Translations under genes and position numbers: made by a program | Part shown: piece by piece, positions 46,098-56,288 of the stretch | How the letters are laid out: the number at the start of each line of letters is the position of its first letter | Position numbering within the stretch: the first letter of the stretch is position 1 | From: a virus | Lineage: Duplodnaviria; Caudoviricetes | Strand: one strand, 5' to 3' | IMG/VR virus record: IMGVR_UViG_3300006045_001036 | Length of the DNA stretch: 64,000 nucleotides | The notes under the pieces: generated by a model | Database searches by the model: none | The model's input: the letters and a program-made list of their open reading frames with translations, nothing else | What the model was told of the DNA's origin: nothing

Positions 46098-47686
46098 AAC
46101 AATACTCCGTTATCTGCCAAAAACTTGTCTTCTGATACCATAGGGATTTTGAACGCTTTCGCTTTTCTCATCTCAGAGCCTATTTGCCCCGACATCAAAC
46201 CGCCGACAACAAAAACTTTCGTTTGTTCTGTCACGTTTTCGTGAATTACTCCGCCGTGGTCGGTGATTAAAGCTTTTACCTTTTCAGGTTTGCCGCAACG
46301 GAAGTTTCCTGAAAGATACACCGACACACCAACAAGCGTATGAGGTTTTTCTTCCTTGTTTTTTACTACGTCGGTAACTTCGATAAGCTCTGATAAAGTT
46401 TTCCACTCGGCAATATTCTCGGGTGTAATCGCCCAGTTGACAAAAGCGTTTTGTGCCGCAGACGAAAGACCCGCAGAATTGTGGAAAGCTCTTGGCTTAT
46501 TAATGAGATAATCGTTGAATATTTTTACACTTCCCCTGCTTGCGTCTACAATTGTGTTTACATCACTGTTGGATAATCCGGGGATTTCCAAACTCCATAA
46601 GAGCTTGAGAAGAGACACCTCAAGTTTCTCGGGGAAATTACGAACATATTCTTTTAACCAAGCAGGGGTGAAATTGTTTATACTCGTTTCTTGACCGAGC
46701 TTGATAGCATCGGATAACGATTTCACTTTGTTTTTCGCAGTCATGCCGAGAATAGTTTCCGAAGTAAACGCTATTCCTAACTGGGTAAGAAAAACGTCAA
46801 GACGTTGGTATAGCTGCGATGTGCAGTTGTAATTACCGCATATCGTTGCTCCGTGACCGACTGTCAGTTTGTCACCACACAGAGGGCATTCTCTTTTCAG
46901 AGGCTCGGCGGGAGAGCCAACAGTACGAACAACATTGTCAAGTGTATCTACGATAAACATTTGGTTGACACCGAGGTTATTACGCAGAATATACGAATAG
47001 CTCTTAGTCAGCACAACATCTTTAGTCGAAGTAATCAACTTGCCTATGAGCTGTCCGTTCGCTTTATAATCCAGTTCGATTTTCTGTATACGAAGCAAAC
47101 GGTAAGGGATTCGAGAAGTTAAGAATTGCTCTTTTCCTGTATTGGATTGCATTACGGTTGTAATCCGACCAGGGTATTGAGATAATTCTTTCGATATACC
47201 GAACTCGGCTATAGTAGCGTTGTAATACTCAAACACACCTTGTTGTTCGGTGGTATCGTTACAAGTAACGAATGACAGGGTTTTGAACCCCATTAAGTTA
47301 AGCAGTTCAATGTGGTCGGTTTGTCGGTTTAATATTGTTGGACACATCAAGAACTTGTGCGGGAAGAATACCCGAGACACGTCTTCTTGCAAGCTCATTG
47401 TCTGAGCTTGCTCGTTCATGTCGCCGAATCCGATATGCGACTTCGGTGTGAGTACCCCCAGCACTTTTGAAGTCCCGCCAGTCAACCCGATTGCATGAGG
47501 GATATTTTCAATCGTATCAAGATTGATAATCTTTTCGCCGTATTTTTCGTGGTTCTGTTCTCCTACAGTTACTCCGATAAGCAACCCTTCTTCAGAATAC
47601 TCGGCAACAACGTCTATGCCGAAAGGGTGATAGTAAGCGGTCATTCCTGTACGGAACACCATTTTCTTTACAGGTGTTTTAGTCAT
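46094..47686 (-). CDS. Degenerate NAD-dependent DNA ligase homologue (Zn finger, HhH and BRCT retained)
   Basis: CPLC..C..C Zn finger, LEIPGL HhH, C-terminal BRCT; KxDG site appears replaced by HPFG. Confidence 0.75.
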   Translation of the reverse strand: MTKTPVKKMVFRTGMTAYYHPFGIDVVAEYSEEGLLIGVTVGEQNHEKYGEKIINLDTIENIPHAIGLTGGTSKVLGVLTPKSHIGFGDMNEQAQTMSLQEDVSRVFFPHKFLMCPTILNRQTDHIELLNLMGFKTLSFVTCNDTTEQQGVFEYYNATIAEFGISKELSQYPGRITTVMQSNTGKEQFLTSRIPYRLLRIQKIELDYKANGQLIGKLITSTKDVVLTKSYSYILRNNLGVNQMFIVDTLDNVVRTVGSPAEPLKRECPLCGDKLTVGHGATICGNYNCTSQLYQRLDVFLTQLGIAFTSETILGMTAKNKVKSLSDAIKLGQETSINNFTPAWLKEYVRNFPEKLEVSLLKLLWSLEIPGLSNSDVNTIVDASRGSVKIFNDYLINKPRAFHNSAGLSSAAQNAFVNWAITPENIAEWKTLSELIEVTDVVKNKEEKPHTLVGVSVYLSGNFRCGKPEKVKALITDHGGVIHENVTEQTKVFVVGGLMSGQIGSEMRKAKAFKIPMVSEDKFLADNGVLL

Positions 47687-47752
47687 TGGATAGGTTTCCT
47701 TTCAACTATTAATACTTAGAGAGCTGTGTATAGCTCTGTTTTATAAATGCTA

Positions 47753-49885
47753 TTACATAACGAATGTATCATCCGAGCCGACTGTAACACCCATATTACG
47801 CCATACATCATTCCTTGGGTCTCTGTCAAACTGGTCTTCATCCAACGCTCCGATTATGCAATCAAGTCCACTTTCATTGATGAGAAAATCATCATACCCG
47901 AAGAAACTGTCTGCCATTTCTTCCATTGTTTCAGGTGTACCCCAAGCCTGAGGATTGTGTTCAAAGTTGACCGTGTGATAATCCGCCACGTCCATCTGCA
48001 GTGTCTCAATCATTTCATCTGCCCCGATTGATATGCCCGACAGCTCCGATAACACCGCACCCCAAGTCGCTCCGACAACAGCGTCCGCAATATCCTTGGA
48101 TGAACCGTGTCCATGGTCTACTTTTCTTCCCCCGCTTACTGTACGTAACCCTTGAAGTTCACGTTTCAAAAGTATAGATGACAATAATAAAATACGGCGG
48201 TCGGCAAGGAGCCCTTTGAAAATCTTGTGTCCGTCAATTGTTCGGTCTACAGAACGGTAAGTAACCTTAAAACCGTTCTTCATCAATGTTTGCCGCATAT
48301 CTTCCGACAGATGGGCGTTGTCGGCGGAAATCTCTTCTATATGAAATCCTCCATCCCGCAATGCGTAGATGAATTTTCGAATTTTCTCAAAATCTATACG
48401 GTCTTTCTTAGGAGCTGCGATATCGACTGCGAAAACTTCCTCGTACAATGTCTCGTTATACCAGTCTCCTTCTACGTTCTGTACCTCACGCTCTCCCGCA
48501 ATAACTATACCCGCTATCCCAAAACGGTCTCCGCCTTTACCTTTCTTATCACCCTTGATTGCTGCGTCAAGGTGAATGAACATAGGACAGTCACGGATTT
48601 CCCGAGGAATTCCCCGCCAGTTGAAATAATCAATGATTTCACCCTGAGATGTAATTCCCATTTCTACAACATCCTCAGGGAACGGATTTCCTCTCTGGGT
48701 ATGCCAGCAAGTTTCTAACAACTCCATGCTGTAATAAGCGTATTCGCCTTGTACAGCTATTCCGGCAACGTCCATCAGTGTTTGTTCGTAGTTACTCTCA
48801 AACTCTATACGGAGGGCTTCGGGCGGGTAAACAAGTCTGTAACCTTCGACAAATTCAAGTTGGTTACGATATTCGGGGGTATCAAGCTCTTTCGGAACCA
48901 CAAATCCTTTACGAGATAAATCACCTACTGCTACGGTGCAAGTTGCTTTGTTGCCCGAAGTGTCCCATTTATCCCAAGGAATTACTTCCCATTGAGCTTT
49001 ATCAATTATTTTTGCATAGTCTTTCTCGTTCTTTATCGCTTCTTCCATCTTTGCTTCCATAAAGTCCATGTCAGCGTTGTTTTTAGAAGAAATCGCCCAA
49101 ATACAACCTTCGACAATACCGTTGTATCGGATAGTACCACGGATACGAGTGTTAATTGTGTCAAAGGCATCGGACATTTTGGTTTTCTCAGTCCTGACAT
49201 CACGGTTGCCCTCTGTCCCAAAGTTCATCTCGTCGCACAAAGCACAAAAGACTTGCATACCGAGAGCGTGACGTCCACCTACTGCTGCCGAACCAGTTCT
49301 AAGTCTTATAGCACGGTTATTGGGGATATATTTTGGATTTGCTTCGGATTTTGTGAATTTCCCTTTTTTGTTGAACCACGGCGAAGTTATCAGCATATCG
49401 TTGAATTGGCGGAACGCAACACCCTCTGCCATATCTTTTGTCACGTTGAAAAATAAAAATGTAATGACCGAAAAGCTTGAAATTTTGTATCGTCTCTGCG
49501 GTTTATCCATACAGATAAGAATGTGCAGCATATACGCAATACCATAACAGGCGAGTGTGGTTTTACCTATTCTCGTCGCCCCAGTCACATAAATCTCGGA
49601 GTACTTACACCGTGTTGCACCTCTGCCGCTGAATATCTCTTTGAGTTGCTCCCACCATTCTTCGTATATCTCGTTTCCGTAGTCGGAATAGATTCCAAGA
49701 TATCGTTCGTCGGTTAGGAAGGTTTTAAGGTCAGCAGGTTGTTCTTTGAATCCAACACGTTTTAGCTGTTCGAGGGTAAAGCTTTTACCACCGACAGCTA
49801 TTTCATCCAAAATCGCCTGAAGAATCTTTGCTTCTTCAGGCGAAAGGTTTTGTAATAATGGATTTTTATTCGATAACTTCGCCAT
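47753..49885 (-). CDS. Terminase large subunit
   Basis: GATRIGKT Walker A, LCDE Walker B, HLD..., KVDH...SKDIADAV nuclease motifs. Confidence 0.92.
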   Translation of the reverse strand: MAKLSNKNPLLQNLSPEEAKILQAILDEIAVGGKSFTLEQLKRVGFKEQPADLKTFLTDERYLGIYSDYGNEIYEEWWEQLKEIFSGRGATRCKYSEIYVTGATRIGKTTLACYGIAYMLHILICMDKPQRRYKISSFSVITFLFFNVTKDMAEGVAFRQFNDMLITSPWFNKKGKFTKSEANPKYIPNNRAIRLRTGSAAVGGRHALGMQVFCALCDEMNFGTEGNRDVRTEKTKMSDAFDTINTRIRGTIRYNGIVEGCIWAISSKNNADMDFMEAKMEEAIKNEKDYAKIIDKAQWEVIPWDKWDTSGNKATCTVAVGDLSRKGFVVPKELDTPEYRNQLEFVEGYRLVYPPEALRIEFESNYEQTLMDVAGIAVQGEYAYYSMELLETCWHTQRGNPFPEDVVEMGITSQGEIIDYFNWRGIPREIRDCPMFIHLDAAIKGDKKGKGGDRFGIAGIVIAGEREVQNVEGDWYNETLYEEVFAVDIAAPKKDRIDFEKIRKFIYALRDGGFHIEEISADNAHLSEDMRQTLMKNGFKVTYRSVDRTIDGHKIFKGLLADRRILLLSSILLKRELQGLRTVSGGRKVDHGHGSSKDIADAVVGATWGAVLSELSGISIGADEMIETLQMDVADYHTVNFEHNPQAWGTPETMEEMADSFFGYDDFLINESGLDCIIGALDEDQFDRDPRNDVWRNMGVTVGSDDTFVM

Positions 49886-50333
49886 TCTCGTCTACCTCGA
49901 TTCCTTCAACAACCTGCGTTGCTTCACCGAGTATTGCAGAAGCAGCGTCGATTATCTTGCCTCGCTGTCCTTCTTCCATAGTTTCAAACTCATTTGTCGA
50001 ACCCTCGATTTCAATCGGCTCGTTGGGGTTGAATCCCATACATTCGAAAGTAGTTTTCAGCGTTTTATCCGTTACAGTCACCGCCTTGTTTAACTCACCT
50101 TGAGCAGCAAGGCAGACTTGTAAAGCTTGCGGAGCATCCTCGACAGTGTCGAGGTTTGCCATAACGCTCTGTGTACTTTCTACGAGTTTTGTCTCCACCA
50201 GTTCTCGGGCTTGGTCGAGCCGTTCCACACGCTGTATTTCGTTAAGCACACGCTGTTTTTGAAAATTCTGAATGGTTGTCAGAAAATCAGCGTTGCTCAT
50301 GTGGTTTGCATTTTTCACAAATGTATTACTCAT
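49866..50333 (-). CDS. Helical protein overlapping TerL, candidate terminase small subunit
   Basis: Position only. Confidence 0.4.
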   Translation of the reverse strand: MSNTFVKNANHMSNADFLTTIQNFQKQRVLNEIQRVERLDQARELVETKLVESTQSVMANLDTVEDAPQALQVCLAAQGELNKAVTVTDKTLKTTFECMGFNPNEPIEIEGSTNEFETMEEGQRGKIIDAASAILGEATQVVEGIEVDENGEVIE

Positions 50334-50655
50334 CGTCTTCTCCTTCTGGCTCGGGAGCGGGGTTCATCTCTTCGAGCAGACTCTCCGCCGACACAGCGAT
50401 TGAGAATAAATCGGCGACAAGTTTCGCAGCCTGTTCCTCAAAACTCGAAAACTGCTTACCCGCAATCGCCAAACTTAGCTTTTCACCAAGTTCGTCACAA
50501 CTTCCCGAAATTAACCCTAATGCAGCAGTTGCTGACATTGTGTTATCGCCGTCCGCCGATTGGATAGCGACTTGAGAATCGACAGGAGCGGTAACTTCTG
50601 CCAAAACCTTGGTTTTTCTTCTCGGAGCTTTTGTTCCACTGTTGATAATTTTCAT
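50326..50655 (-). CDS. Putative head core/internal protein
   Basis: MKIINSGT start nearly identical to capsid MVIINSGT; IQSAD also shared. Confidence 0.6.
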   Translation of the reverse strand: MKIINSGTKAPRRKTKVLAEVTAPVDSQVAIQSADGDNTMSATAALGLISGSCDELGEKLSLAIAGKQFSSFEEQAAKLVADLFSIAVSAESLLEEMNPAPEPEGEDDE

Positions 50656-50659
50656 AATA

Positions 50660-50998
50660 TTATCCTCTCTTATTTCCTGTATTAGACAGTAATATTGTAT
50701 TGTTTTCCATTGTCATTTCCTCGATAGCAGTGTAGAGATTTTCTACCGCATATCGTAAATTTTGTGTTCTACGGTGTCCATCGGTGAAAAATCCTCCTGA
50801 CTCGACAAGAGCGTCAAGAGCTTTTGTCATCTTCTCTTGGTCGGGGAAAGTTTTGCGAATTAACCGTTCAAGTTTTCCGAGTGCTCGAACAGAATCCTCC
50901 GACCACAGATAATCAAGCATTTCATCATATAGGAGAACATACGCAAAATTCAACTTTCGCCGGACTTCGTTCTGCCACATACTTGTATTCTCTTTCAC
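50660..50998 (-). CDS. Hypothetical protein
   Basis: ORF in operon; exact start uncertain. Confidence 0.65.
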   Translation of the reverse strand: MKENTSMWQNEVRRKLNFAYVLLYDEMLDYLWSEDSVRALGKLERLIRKTFPDQEKMTKALDALVESGGFFTDGHRRTQNLRYAVENLYTAIEEMTMENNTILLSNTGNKRG

Positions 50999-50999
50999 A

Positions 51000-51218
51000 T
51001 TAACCTCCTAAGCTTCGGAGTGCGTTGTTAATACGTTTATTAGCACCACGCAACTGCGAATTTAATCGCACACACCATGAAACTCCACGATGCTTGAACT
51101 CTGTTAAAGATTTTTCAAACCGCTCTCGGTCATACTCTCGAATACAACAGAAGTACACTTCGTCATAAGAAACAGTATCTCGCCGTACTTCGTGGAGTCT
51201 TTTGATTAAATCAACCAT
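51000..51218 (-). CDS. Hypothetical protein
   Basis: Overlaps upstream stop. Confidence 0.6.
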   Translation of the reverse strand: MVDLIKRLHEVRRDTVSYDEVYFCCIREYDRERFEKSLTEFKHRGVSWCVRLNSQLRGANKRINNALRSLGG

Positions 51219-51573
51219 TCTCTTCTATCTCGTTGTATAGTTTAGTGATTTGCTTATACGTTTCATAAACATCGGCGGGTATTTCGCCAACATCACGCAA
51301 TAGCTTCTCAATAGCTTTATCTTCGGAAATCCCTTTCATTTGAACCTTAGTGTATAGTTCCATTCCAAGCAGTAAACTGTTCAAATCTTCGAGGGTTGGT
51401 ATCTTGATTTGATGACCGCCGAAGTATTTACATAGATTGAATAAACCGTCAATTCCTACGAAAGGTAACAACTCGGGAATAGCCGAATATTCAGGTTCGT
51501 TCTTGAGCGGGTATAGAAACTGCAATGCAAAAATCAAATCCTTATAATCTCGACTATTTTTATTTTCCGTCAC
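51211..51573 (-). CDS. Mor-like DNA-binding protein
   Basis: VGIDGLFNLCKYFGGHQIKIP resembles the Mor/C family dimerisation motif. Confidence 0.55.
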   Translation of the reverse strand: MTENKNSRDYKDLIFALQFLYPLKNEPEYSAIPELLPFVGIDGLFNLCKYFGGHQIKIPTLEDLNSLLLGMELYTKVQMKGISEDKAIEKLLRDVGEIPADVYETYKQITKLYNEIEENG

Positions 51574-51832
51574 ACCGTAAATACCTCACTTCCCGAGAAA
51601 ATCAATTTGCTATAGAATGGATAAACGAAGAAGTTTTGCCGTTTCATTGCAATCGTTATGTCTTACAAGCCATTCGGGACAGTATTGAGTATTCCGTGCA
51701 ACACAGTCGGTATCTTGTCCGCTATCCGCCTGAATTGGAGCGTGGGGCGAAAACTCGCTGTGCTGTTTTAACGAAACTGCTTCTTGTTGCATTAGCACAG
51801 AAATTTGAGTGGGACTGGCGGTATTATCCTAA

Positions 51833-52786
51833 TTAGTCCTTGTTGTTTTTGAGTTCTTGTTTTGCCGTAGCGGAAATGATGTCTTTAATCGCAACATGGA
51901 AATTATCGACATTTTCGTTTTTCGTAGTAATCGTTGTTTCTTCTGAAGAATTGCCGACAACACAGCGGAAATCTGCTGAGAACCCGCCTTTGTCATCCAT
52001 GGCAGTTATAGACGGTATTGTGAGAACTAAATCGTAATCTACCGACGTGCTGTTGATTTGACGAACATCCGCCTCTATCCTAATCGTGTTCCCGATTGCT
52101 TGTTTGGTTACATTCTTCAGCGTTATCCCCCGAGGGCGGAATTTGTCGATATCAAGCTTTGTCTCAAGCCATTCGATTGTGTCTTTCTTCGATTTTGATT
52201 TATTTTCAGCAGAAGAATTGATTTGAGCAGGATTCGGGTCAGCGGGATTTGTCGGCTCAGGTGGCGGAGTTTCATCGGAGTCAACCTTGTTCGTACTGTC
52301 TTTCATTCCGCTTGGCTTCATGGACGGTGCAGCGTGGTTATTGGTATCACCAACACGCTGAACATATACGAGAGCGTTTTCTCCTTCGTCAATCCGCTCG
52401 AAAGCCAGCATAGTGAAATTCCATGCCTGTATCCCTCTCCACATAGGATTAATAACCTTGCGTAAATCGGTGTCTGCCGAGAACACTGCGTAAAGTTCGC
52501 CGTCTTGCTCGTATACTCTTTCGAGTCCACGCAAATCATTATCGTTTTTAAGTTGATGGTATATCGAGTTAACCCAGTCGCTGTCAAACACAACAGGACT
52601 TTTCGACGTGCGGACGTTCACCGACGCATTCCCTGACATTGCCGAACTTTTGACCTCGACACCAAGACGCTGCAGAGCCGTCGCACGTTTAGACGAAGCA
52701 AGCAGCTTTGTAGTCTTATCCTCGCTCTTAATCGAAGAATAAATCTTAGATTTTGACATGAAATCAGCAGTAGATACTATTTTCAT
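51833..52786 (-). CDS. Putative head-associated protein
   Basis: MKIVST start; IYSS, LASS, VKSSA, INSSA motifs. Confidence 0.6.
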   Translation of the reverse strand: MKIVSTADFMSKSKIYSSIKSEDKTTKLLASSKRATALQRLGVEVKSSAMSGNASVNVRTSKSPVVFDSDWVNSIYHQLKNDNDLRGLERVYEQDGELYAVFSADTDLRKVINPMWRGIQAWNFTMLAFERIDEGENALVYVQRVGDTNNHAAPSMKPSGMKDSTNKVDSDETPPPEPTNPADPNPAQINSSAENKSKSKKDTIEWLETKLDIDKFRPRGITLKNVTKQAIGNTIRIEADVRQINSTSVDYDLVLTIPSITAMDDKGGFSADFRCVVGNSSEETTITTKNENVDNFHVAIKDIISATAKQELKNNKD

Positions 52787-52788
52787 CG

Positions 52789-53067
52789 TTAATCCTCCTG
52801 TACTTCAGGTAATCTTATTTCCACCAAACCACCAGCTTTCGGAATGATGATATACTTCATATTTTCTAACAGTTTTATCGTAGACGACATCAACGGTGTT
52901 GTCGGAGTCCACTCACTTCCACCATCGTTTGCCATAGTATTTAATCGTAAGGCAATTGCCTCTCTTTCCACACGTTCGGAAGCGTCTTTAGCAATTTTCG
53001 CTAATTCTTGTGCGGGTTTAAGAACATTCAATTGTTCTTGCGGTATAGCGGGTTGTAATTTATCCAT
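52789..53067 (-). CDS. Hypothetical protein, first gene of the packaging operon
   Basis: AAGGAGGT RBS; GCATT motif at 53120-53124. Confidence 0.75.
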   Translation of the reverse strand: MDKLQPAIPQEQLNVLKPAQELAKIAKDASERVEREAIALRLNTMANDGGSEWTPTTPLMSSTIKLLENMKYIIIPKAGGLVEIRLPEVQED

Positions 53068-53168
53068 AGTTATAATACCTCCTTAGAGCTTTATAGAGAG
53101 TTTATAGTTTCATTTAATAAATGCTATAATTAAGTCACCAATCTGTAAGAATGATGGCAAACTATGCC

Positions 53169-53197
53169 TTGACAAAACTTTAAATTTGTGTTACACT
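53169..53197 (+). promoter_or_regulatory. sigmaA promoter
   Basis: TTGACA-17 nt-TACACT. Confidence 0.75.
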
Positions 53198-53226
53198 GAT
53201 GCAAAACCTTGAAAGGATGTACACAA

Positions 53227-53499
53227 ATGTCTATTATATCTAAAGACCCCACCCGCTCTGAGGAACTAATTCGAGAGATTCAAAGAACCGAGATAGAACC
53301 TGATTTTTCCAAGAATTTACACTTGCAAGAACTCAAAGAGCGAGCCGAGAACGGCAATGAGTTAGACGAGATAGCATATAGAGACGAGCTTCACCGTCAA
53401 ACAGAAGAATTCTTCAAAGAAATCGAAACCACCCCCGAATACCAAGAAACCGACACAAAACTTCAAGAGCTATGTGAGCAGTTTGCTGACGAGTGCTAA
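53227..53499 (+). CDS. Small acidic helical protein (moron)
   Basis: AAAGGA RBS; own promoter; terminator hairpin at 53509-53538. Confidence 0.7.
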   Translation: MSIISKDPTRSEELIREIQRTEIEPDFSKNLHLQELKERAENGNELDEIAYRDELHRQTEEFFKEIETTPEYQETDTKLQELCEQFADEC

Positions 53500-53642
53500 T
53501 ACACAAAATTGCCGCTACTCCTGGTTGAATAGCGGCAACTTTATTTTCAAAACCCCTTGCTTTTCCCCAAATTCTATGTTAAACTAAGCAATAGCATTTG
53601 GTCAATTATGAACCAACGAAACTAAGAAACGAGGTAAATACT

Positions 53643-54503
53643 TTGAAACGATTTTTATCAATCCTATTATCAATCGCTGTATTCACTACAAGTACAGCGT
53701 ATAAATCGCACGAGGTTGAAGCAGACTCTGACATTGAACTTGGTGGGTTTGAGCCTATGAGTGAACCTGTTGAAGAAGGTATTGGGCTTGAAATTAAATT
53801 GAAAACAGTCAGTGGAAACGAGGTTATTGAAATCTCCAATCCGACTGATACTGCAATCTCGTGTAAGGGTCTATACTTGTCTAACGATGTCGAAGAACCT
53901 TTTATGTGGCAAATGCCGAGCGTGATTGTTCGCCCAGGGGAATCGGCTATTTTTGCGGGGGAGGGCGATAACGATACAGCGTTTCTAAAGAGATGTAAGG
54001 TTGATTTTAAGATTGCGGTTAATTATACGGTTCCTGTGTATAATCATATTTTGTTGAGTACGGCTAATGGGGAATATTTGAACTGTAGTGAGGTTAATTG
54101 GTGTAAAGAGTGCAACACCGACGATTGGTTTTACAAAAAAGTATCTATAACTTTAAGGAACAACCAATGGGGGGATGTCTATGAAGACGCACTCTACGCA
54201 ATTATTGATGAACACGAACAAACTATAACCTACTACACGAGATACCCTTTATCTTCGTGGAGAACTTATGAATTTAACGTGTCTGGAGATGGTGTTGAAT
54301 TCGGATATACGTACCTCGTTATACAACATTCTATTCAGCCTCCGCAGGTTTCCATGTCAAACAACAATAAGACGTCTACTATATCGCTGTATCACAATAT
54401 TCCGGGTATTTCTTTACCTGTTACTATCGCCCGACAGAGCTTTAGTGGTAATCCTCATGCAATCGTAATTGATGATGCGTGGGAGGCTTCCATTACCCAG
54501 TAG
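53643..54503 (+). CDS. Secreted lamin-tail-domain protein (moron)
   Basis: GAGGT RBS, TTG start, signal peptide; IEISNPTDTAISCKGLYLSND...W.MP...PGE; TTGCTT-17-TAAACT promoter. Confidence 0.7.
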   Translation: MKRFLSILLSIAVFTTSTAYKSHEVEADSDIELGGFEPMSEPVEEGIGLEIKLKTVSGNEVIEISNPTDTAISCKGLYLSNDVEEPFMWQMPSVIVRPGESAIFAGEGDNDTAFLKRCKVDFKIAVNYTVPVYNHILLSTANGEYLNCSEVNWCKECNTDDWFYKKVSITLRNNQWGDVYEDALYAIIDEHEQTITYYTRYPLSSWRTYEFNVSGDGVEFGYTYLVIQHSIQPPQVSMSNNNKTSTISLYHNIPGISLPVTIARQSFSGNPHAIVIDDAWEASITQ

Positions 54504-54665
54504 AGAGTAATGGCAGAGTTGTAATTACAAGAGTGGAGTGAATACTTAAATAATTTAGCCGTTACTTCCACAGGTAACGGCTTTAAACACATCCAACGAC
54601 AAAATCAATTGATGGCAAGCTGTGTAAAGTATTGTATATACTTATTACCGAAAGGAGAAAATTTC

Positions 54666-55056
54666 ATGATTAAGATTAAGAGTTCAAGCGGTGTCGGGGG
54701 GGGGGCGAATTTGTTCGTCTGCCAACAACGAGTTCAACGACATAAAGGCATTTCTTGAAGATATTCGCAGTCAACAAGGTTCGGAGGACAGATACGTAGC
54801 AGAGACCAAAGGAAATCATACTGTGAATATTCCTGCGAATGCACTCGCACAAGTTGTAGATAAGTTCTTCGGAGCGATGTTAGTTGTTGCTGAGGAAACA
54901 GGGGCAACCTACGATGCTTATGTCAACGGTTTCAACTATTGGTTGAAACTCTCCGAGAAACGTATCAACGACACACACGGTGAAAGTTTGGGAAACGCTT
55001 CAACAGGATTTATCAAATCGGCATTGAAACAGCAAGTGGCTTATGAAATGAGATAG
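54666..55056 (+). pseudogene. Gene frameshifted at a G10 tract (phase-variable or sequencing error)
   Basis: AAAGGAG RBS and ATG at 54666; removing one G from 54696-54705 gives MIKIKSSSGVGGGRICSSANNEF... Confidence 0.7.
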
Positions 55057-55170
55057 CGAAAATGGCATGGTTGGATGCCGAGAATTAATACACAGCTTAG
55101 CCGTTGCCTACGGAAGGTAACGGCTAATTTATAATATTAAGCATTTATTTTGCAGGAGGTGATAAATTTC

Positions 55171-55572
55171 ATGGAAAACGAAGAAAACTCAAAAATTCCC
55201 GAACCAGTCGATGTGCCTGTTCAAGAGTATTTGAAAAGTATTGATACCAATTTAAAGCAACTTGTTATTATACTTGAATCCATTACCAACGACAAAAACG
55301 AAAACAGAGAGCAACAATGTGAGGAAGATGAAGATGAAGAAACTCCATTGGTTTGTTCTGTCTGCGGACACACTACATTAACGTACCATGACATTGAGCT
55401 TTGTGGGATATGTGGAGTAAATTGCATGGCTCGAGGACTTCTCAAACTCCAAGATTTTTTCGAATCGCTTGGTAACGGTGAAATTAATCTTGGCAATAAA
55501 TTTGAATTTGCGAATTGGCAGGTAGAGACTCGACCGTCAGGCTGGAGGTTTGCCCAACAGAAGCAGGGGTGA
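55171..55572 (+). CDS. Zn-finger protein B' (paralogue of 24690..25022)
   Basis: AGGAGGTG RBS; CSVCG...CGICG; GCATT motif at 55141. Confidence 0.8.
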   Translation: MENEENSKIPEPVDVPVQEYLKSIDTNLKQLVIILESITNDKNENREQQCEEDEDEETPLVCSVCGHTTLTYHDIELCGICGVNCMARGLLKLQDFFESLGNGEINLGNKFEFANWQVETRPSGWRFAQQKQG

Positions 55573-55762
55573 CAATTTTGCCGTTTTTATTAATGTACAC
55601 ACCTGGGTAATAAACATTACTCGATTCTACTGGATTTTCATTTTCAGCAACAAAGCACTTTTTCGTAATGCAGTTTTGACAGAAGTAGTTTTTGTGGTGG
55701 TTTGTTATTGTCTCTTTCTTAACCGTAAACATACACCCGCATTCGCAAGTGAATAAAAACAT
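55484..55762 (-). CDS. Zn-finger protein A' (paralogue of 24398..24769)
   Basis: AAAGGA RBS; MFLFTCECGC...KNYFCQNC. Confidence 0.8.
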   Translation of the reverse strand: MFLFTCECGCMFTVKKETITNHHKNYFCQNCITKKCFVAENENPVESSNVYYPGVYINKNGKIVTPASVGQTSSLTVESLPANSQIQIYCQD

Positions 55763-55794
55763 ATGCAATTCCTTTCTTGGTAGATAATACCCGC

Positions 55795-55823
55795 ATTATA
55801 CCACATTTTGATGAACCTGTCAA
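55795..55823 (-). promoter_or_regulatory. Consensus sigmaA promoter
   Basis: TTGACA-17 nt-TATAAT. Confidence 0.88.
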
Positions 55824-55916
55824 GTAAACCGCCGTTACCTAACGAGGTAACGGCAAAACTGTGTAAAAGAGCATTTATTTAAGTGTGAAATAAAACGTGG
55901 AAAGGAGGAATGTTTA

Positions 55917-56075
55917 ATGACTTTTAGTGAAAGAGTAGACACTCTAACCCAACCATTAACACCCGAGCAACAAGAACAACACGACAGAGATTTTAATAAG
56001 TGTGTGGAAGCTTTAGCGTCAATCTTTCGGGCAATCCACACCCAAATCCACAGGCAAGAAACCCAGTTTTCTTAA
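55917..56075 (+). CDS. Small protein (52 aa, not in ORF track)
   Basis: AAAGGAGG RBS; MTFSERVDTL...QETQFS; GCATT motif at 55871. Confidence 0.65.
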   Translation: MTFSERVDTLTQPLTPEQQEQHDRDFNKCVEALASIFRAIHTQIHRQETQFS

Positions 56076-56288
56076 TGAAACTATTGTACTGGCGGTGTTT
56101 AACTCAACGAGCGGTTGAAGTATGTTTGACATGAGTTGTTTTATGGTGTCATCGTTAAAAGCACCACTTTGAATTTTTGCGGAGGTTTCAAAGAAATTTT
56201 CACTTAATGCCGTAGTAAACGCAGGATAGTTTGCAATAGTTTCGGCGACAGTGTCGGGAATGATTTTGTTAATCTCTTCTTTTGACAT
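56019..56288 (-). CDS. Small helical hypothetical protein
   Basis: AAAGGAG RBS; consensus sigmaA promoter. Confidence 0.75.
   Translation of the reverse strand: MSKEEINKIIPDTVAETIANYPAFTTALSENFFETSAKIQSGAFNDDTIKQLMSNILQPLVELNTASTIVSLRKLGFLPVDLGVDCPKD

Larger units (their letters stand above)
54557..55854. repeat. Hairpin family GCCGTT(A/G)C...GTAACGGC at 54557-54582, 55097-55127 and 55831-55854
   Basis: Near-identical stems with different loops; related stems at 25816 and 53509. Confidence 0.8.

Noticed and set aside
47753-49885. Intein or intron in the long terminase
   Set aside because: No C/S...HN splice junctions or LAGLIDADG motifs seen; ATPase and nuclease motifs are contiguous
583-51573. 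Several proteins ending in NG (583, 14211, 25131, 51211)
   Set aside because: Explained by the AATGG overlap with the next gene's start codon, unlike the DIDELDG tails
51525-51836. 103 aa plus-strand ORF filling a gap in the packaging operon
   Set aside because: Opposite to the operon, no RBS or promoter; the competing 62 aa minus-strand ORF is equally unsupported, so neither is called
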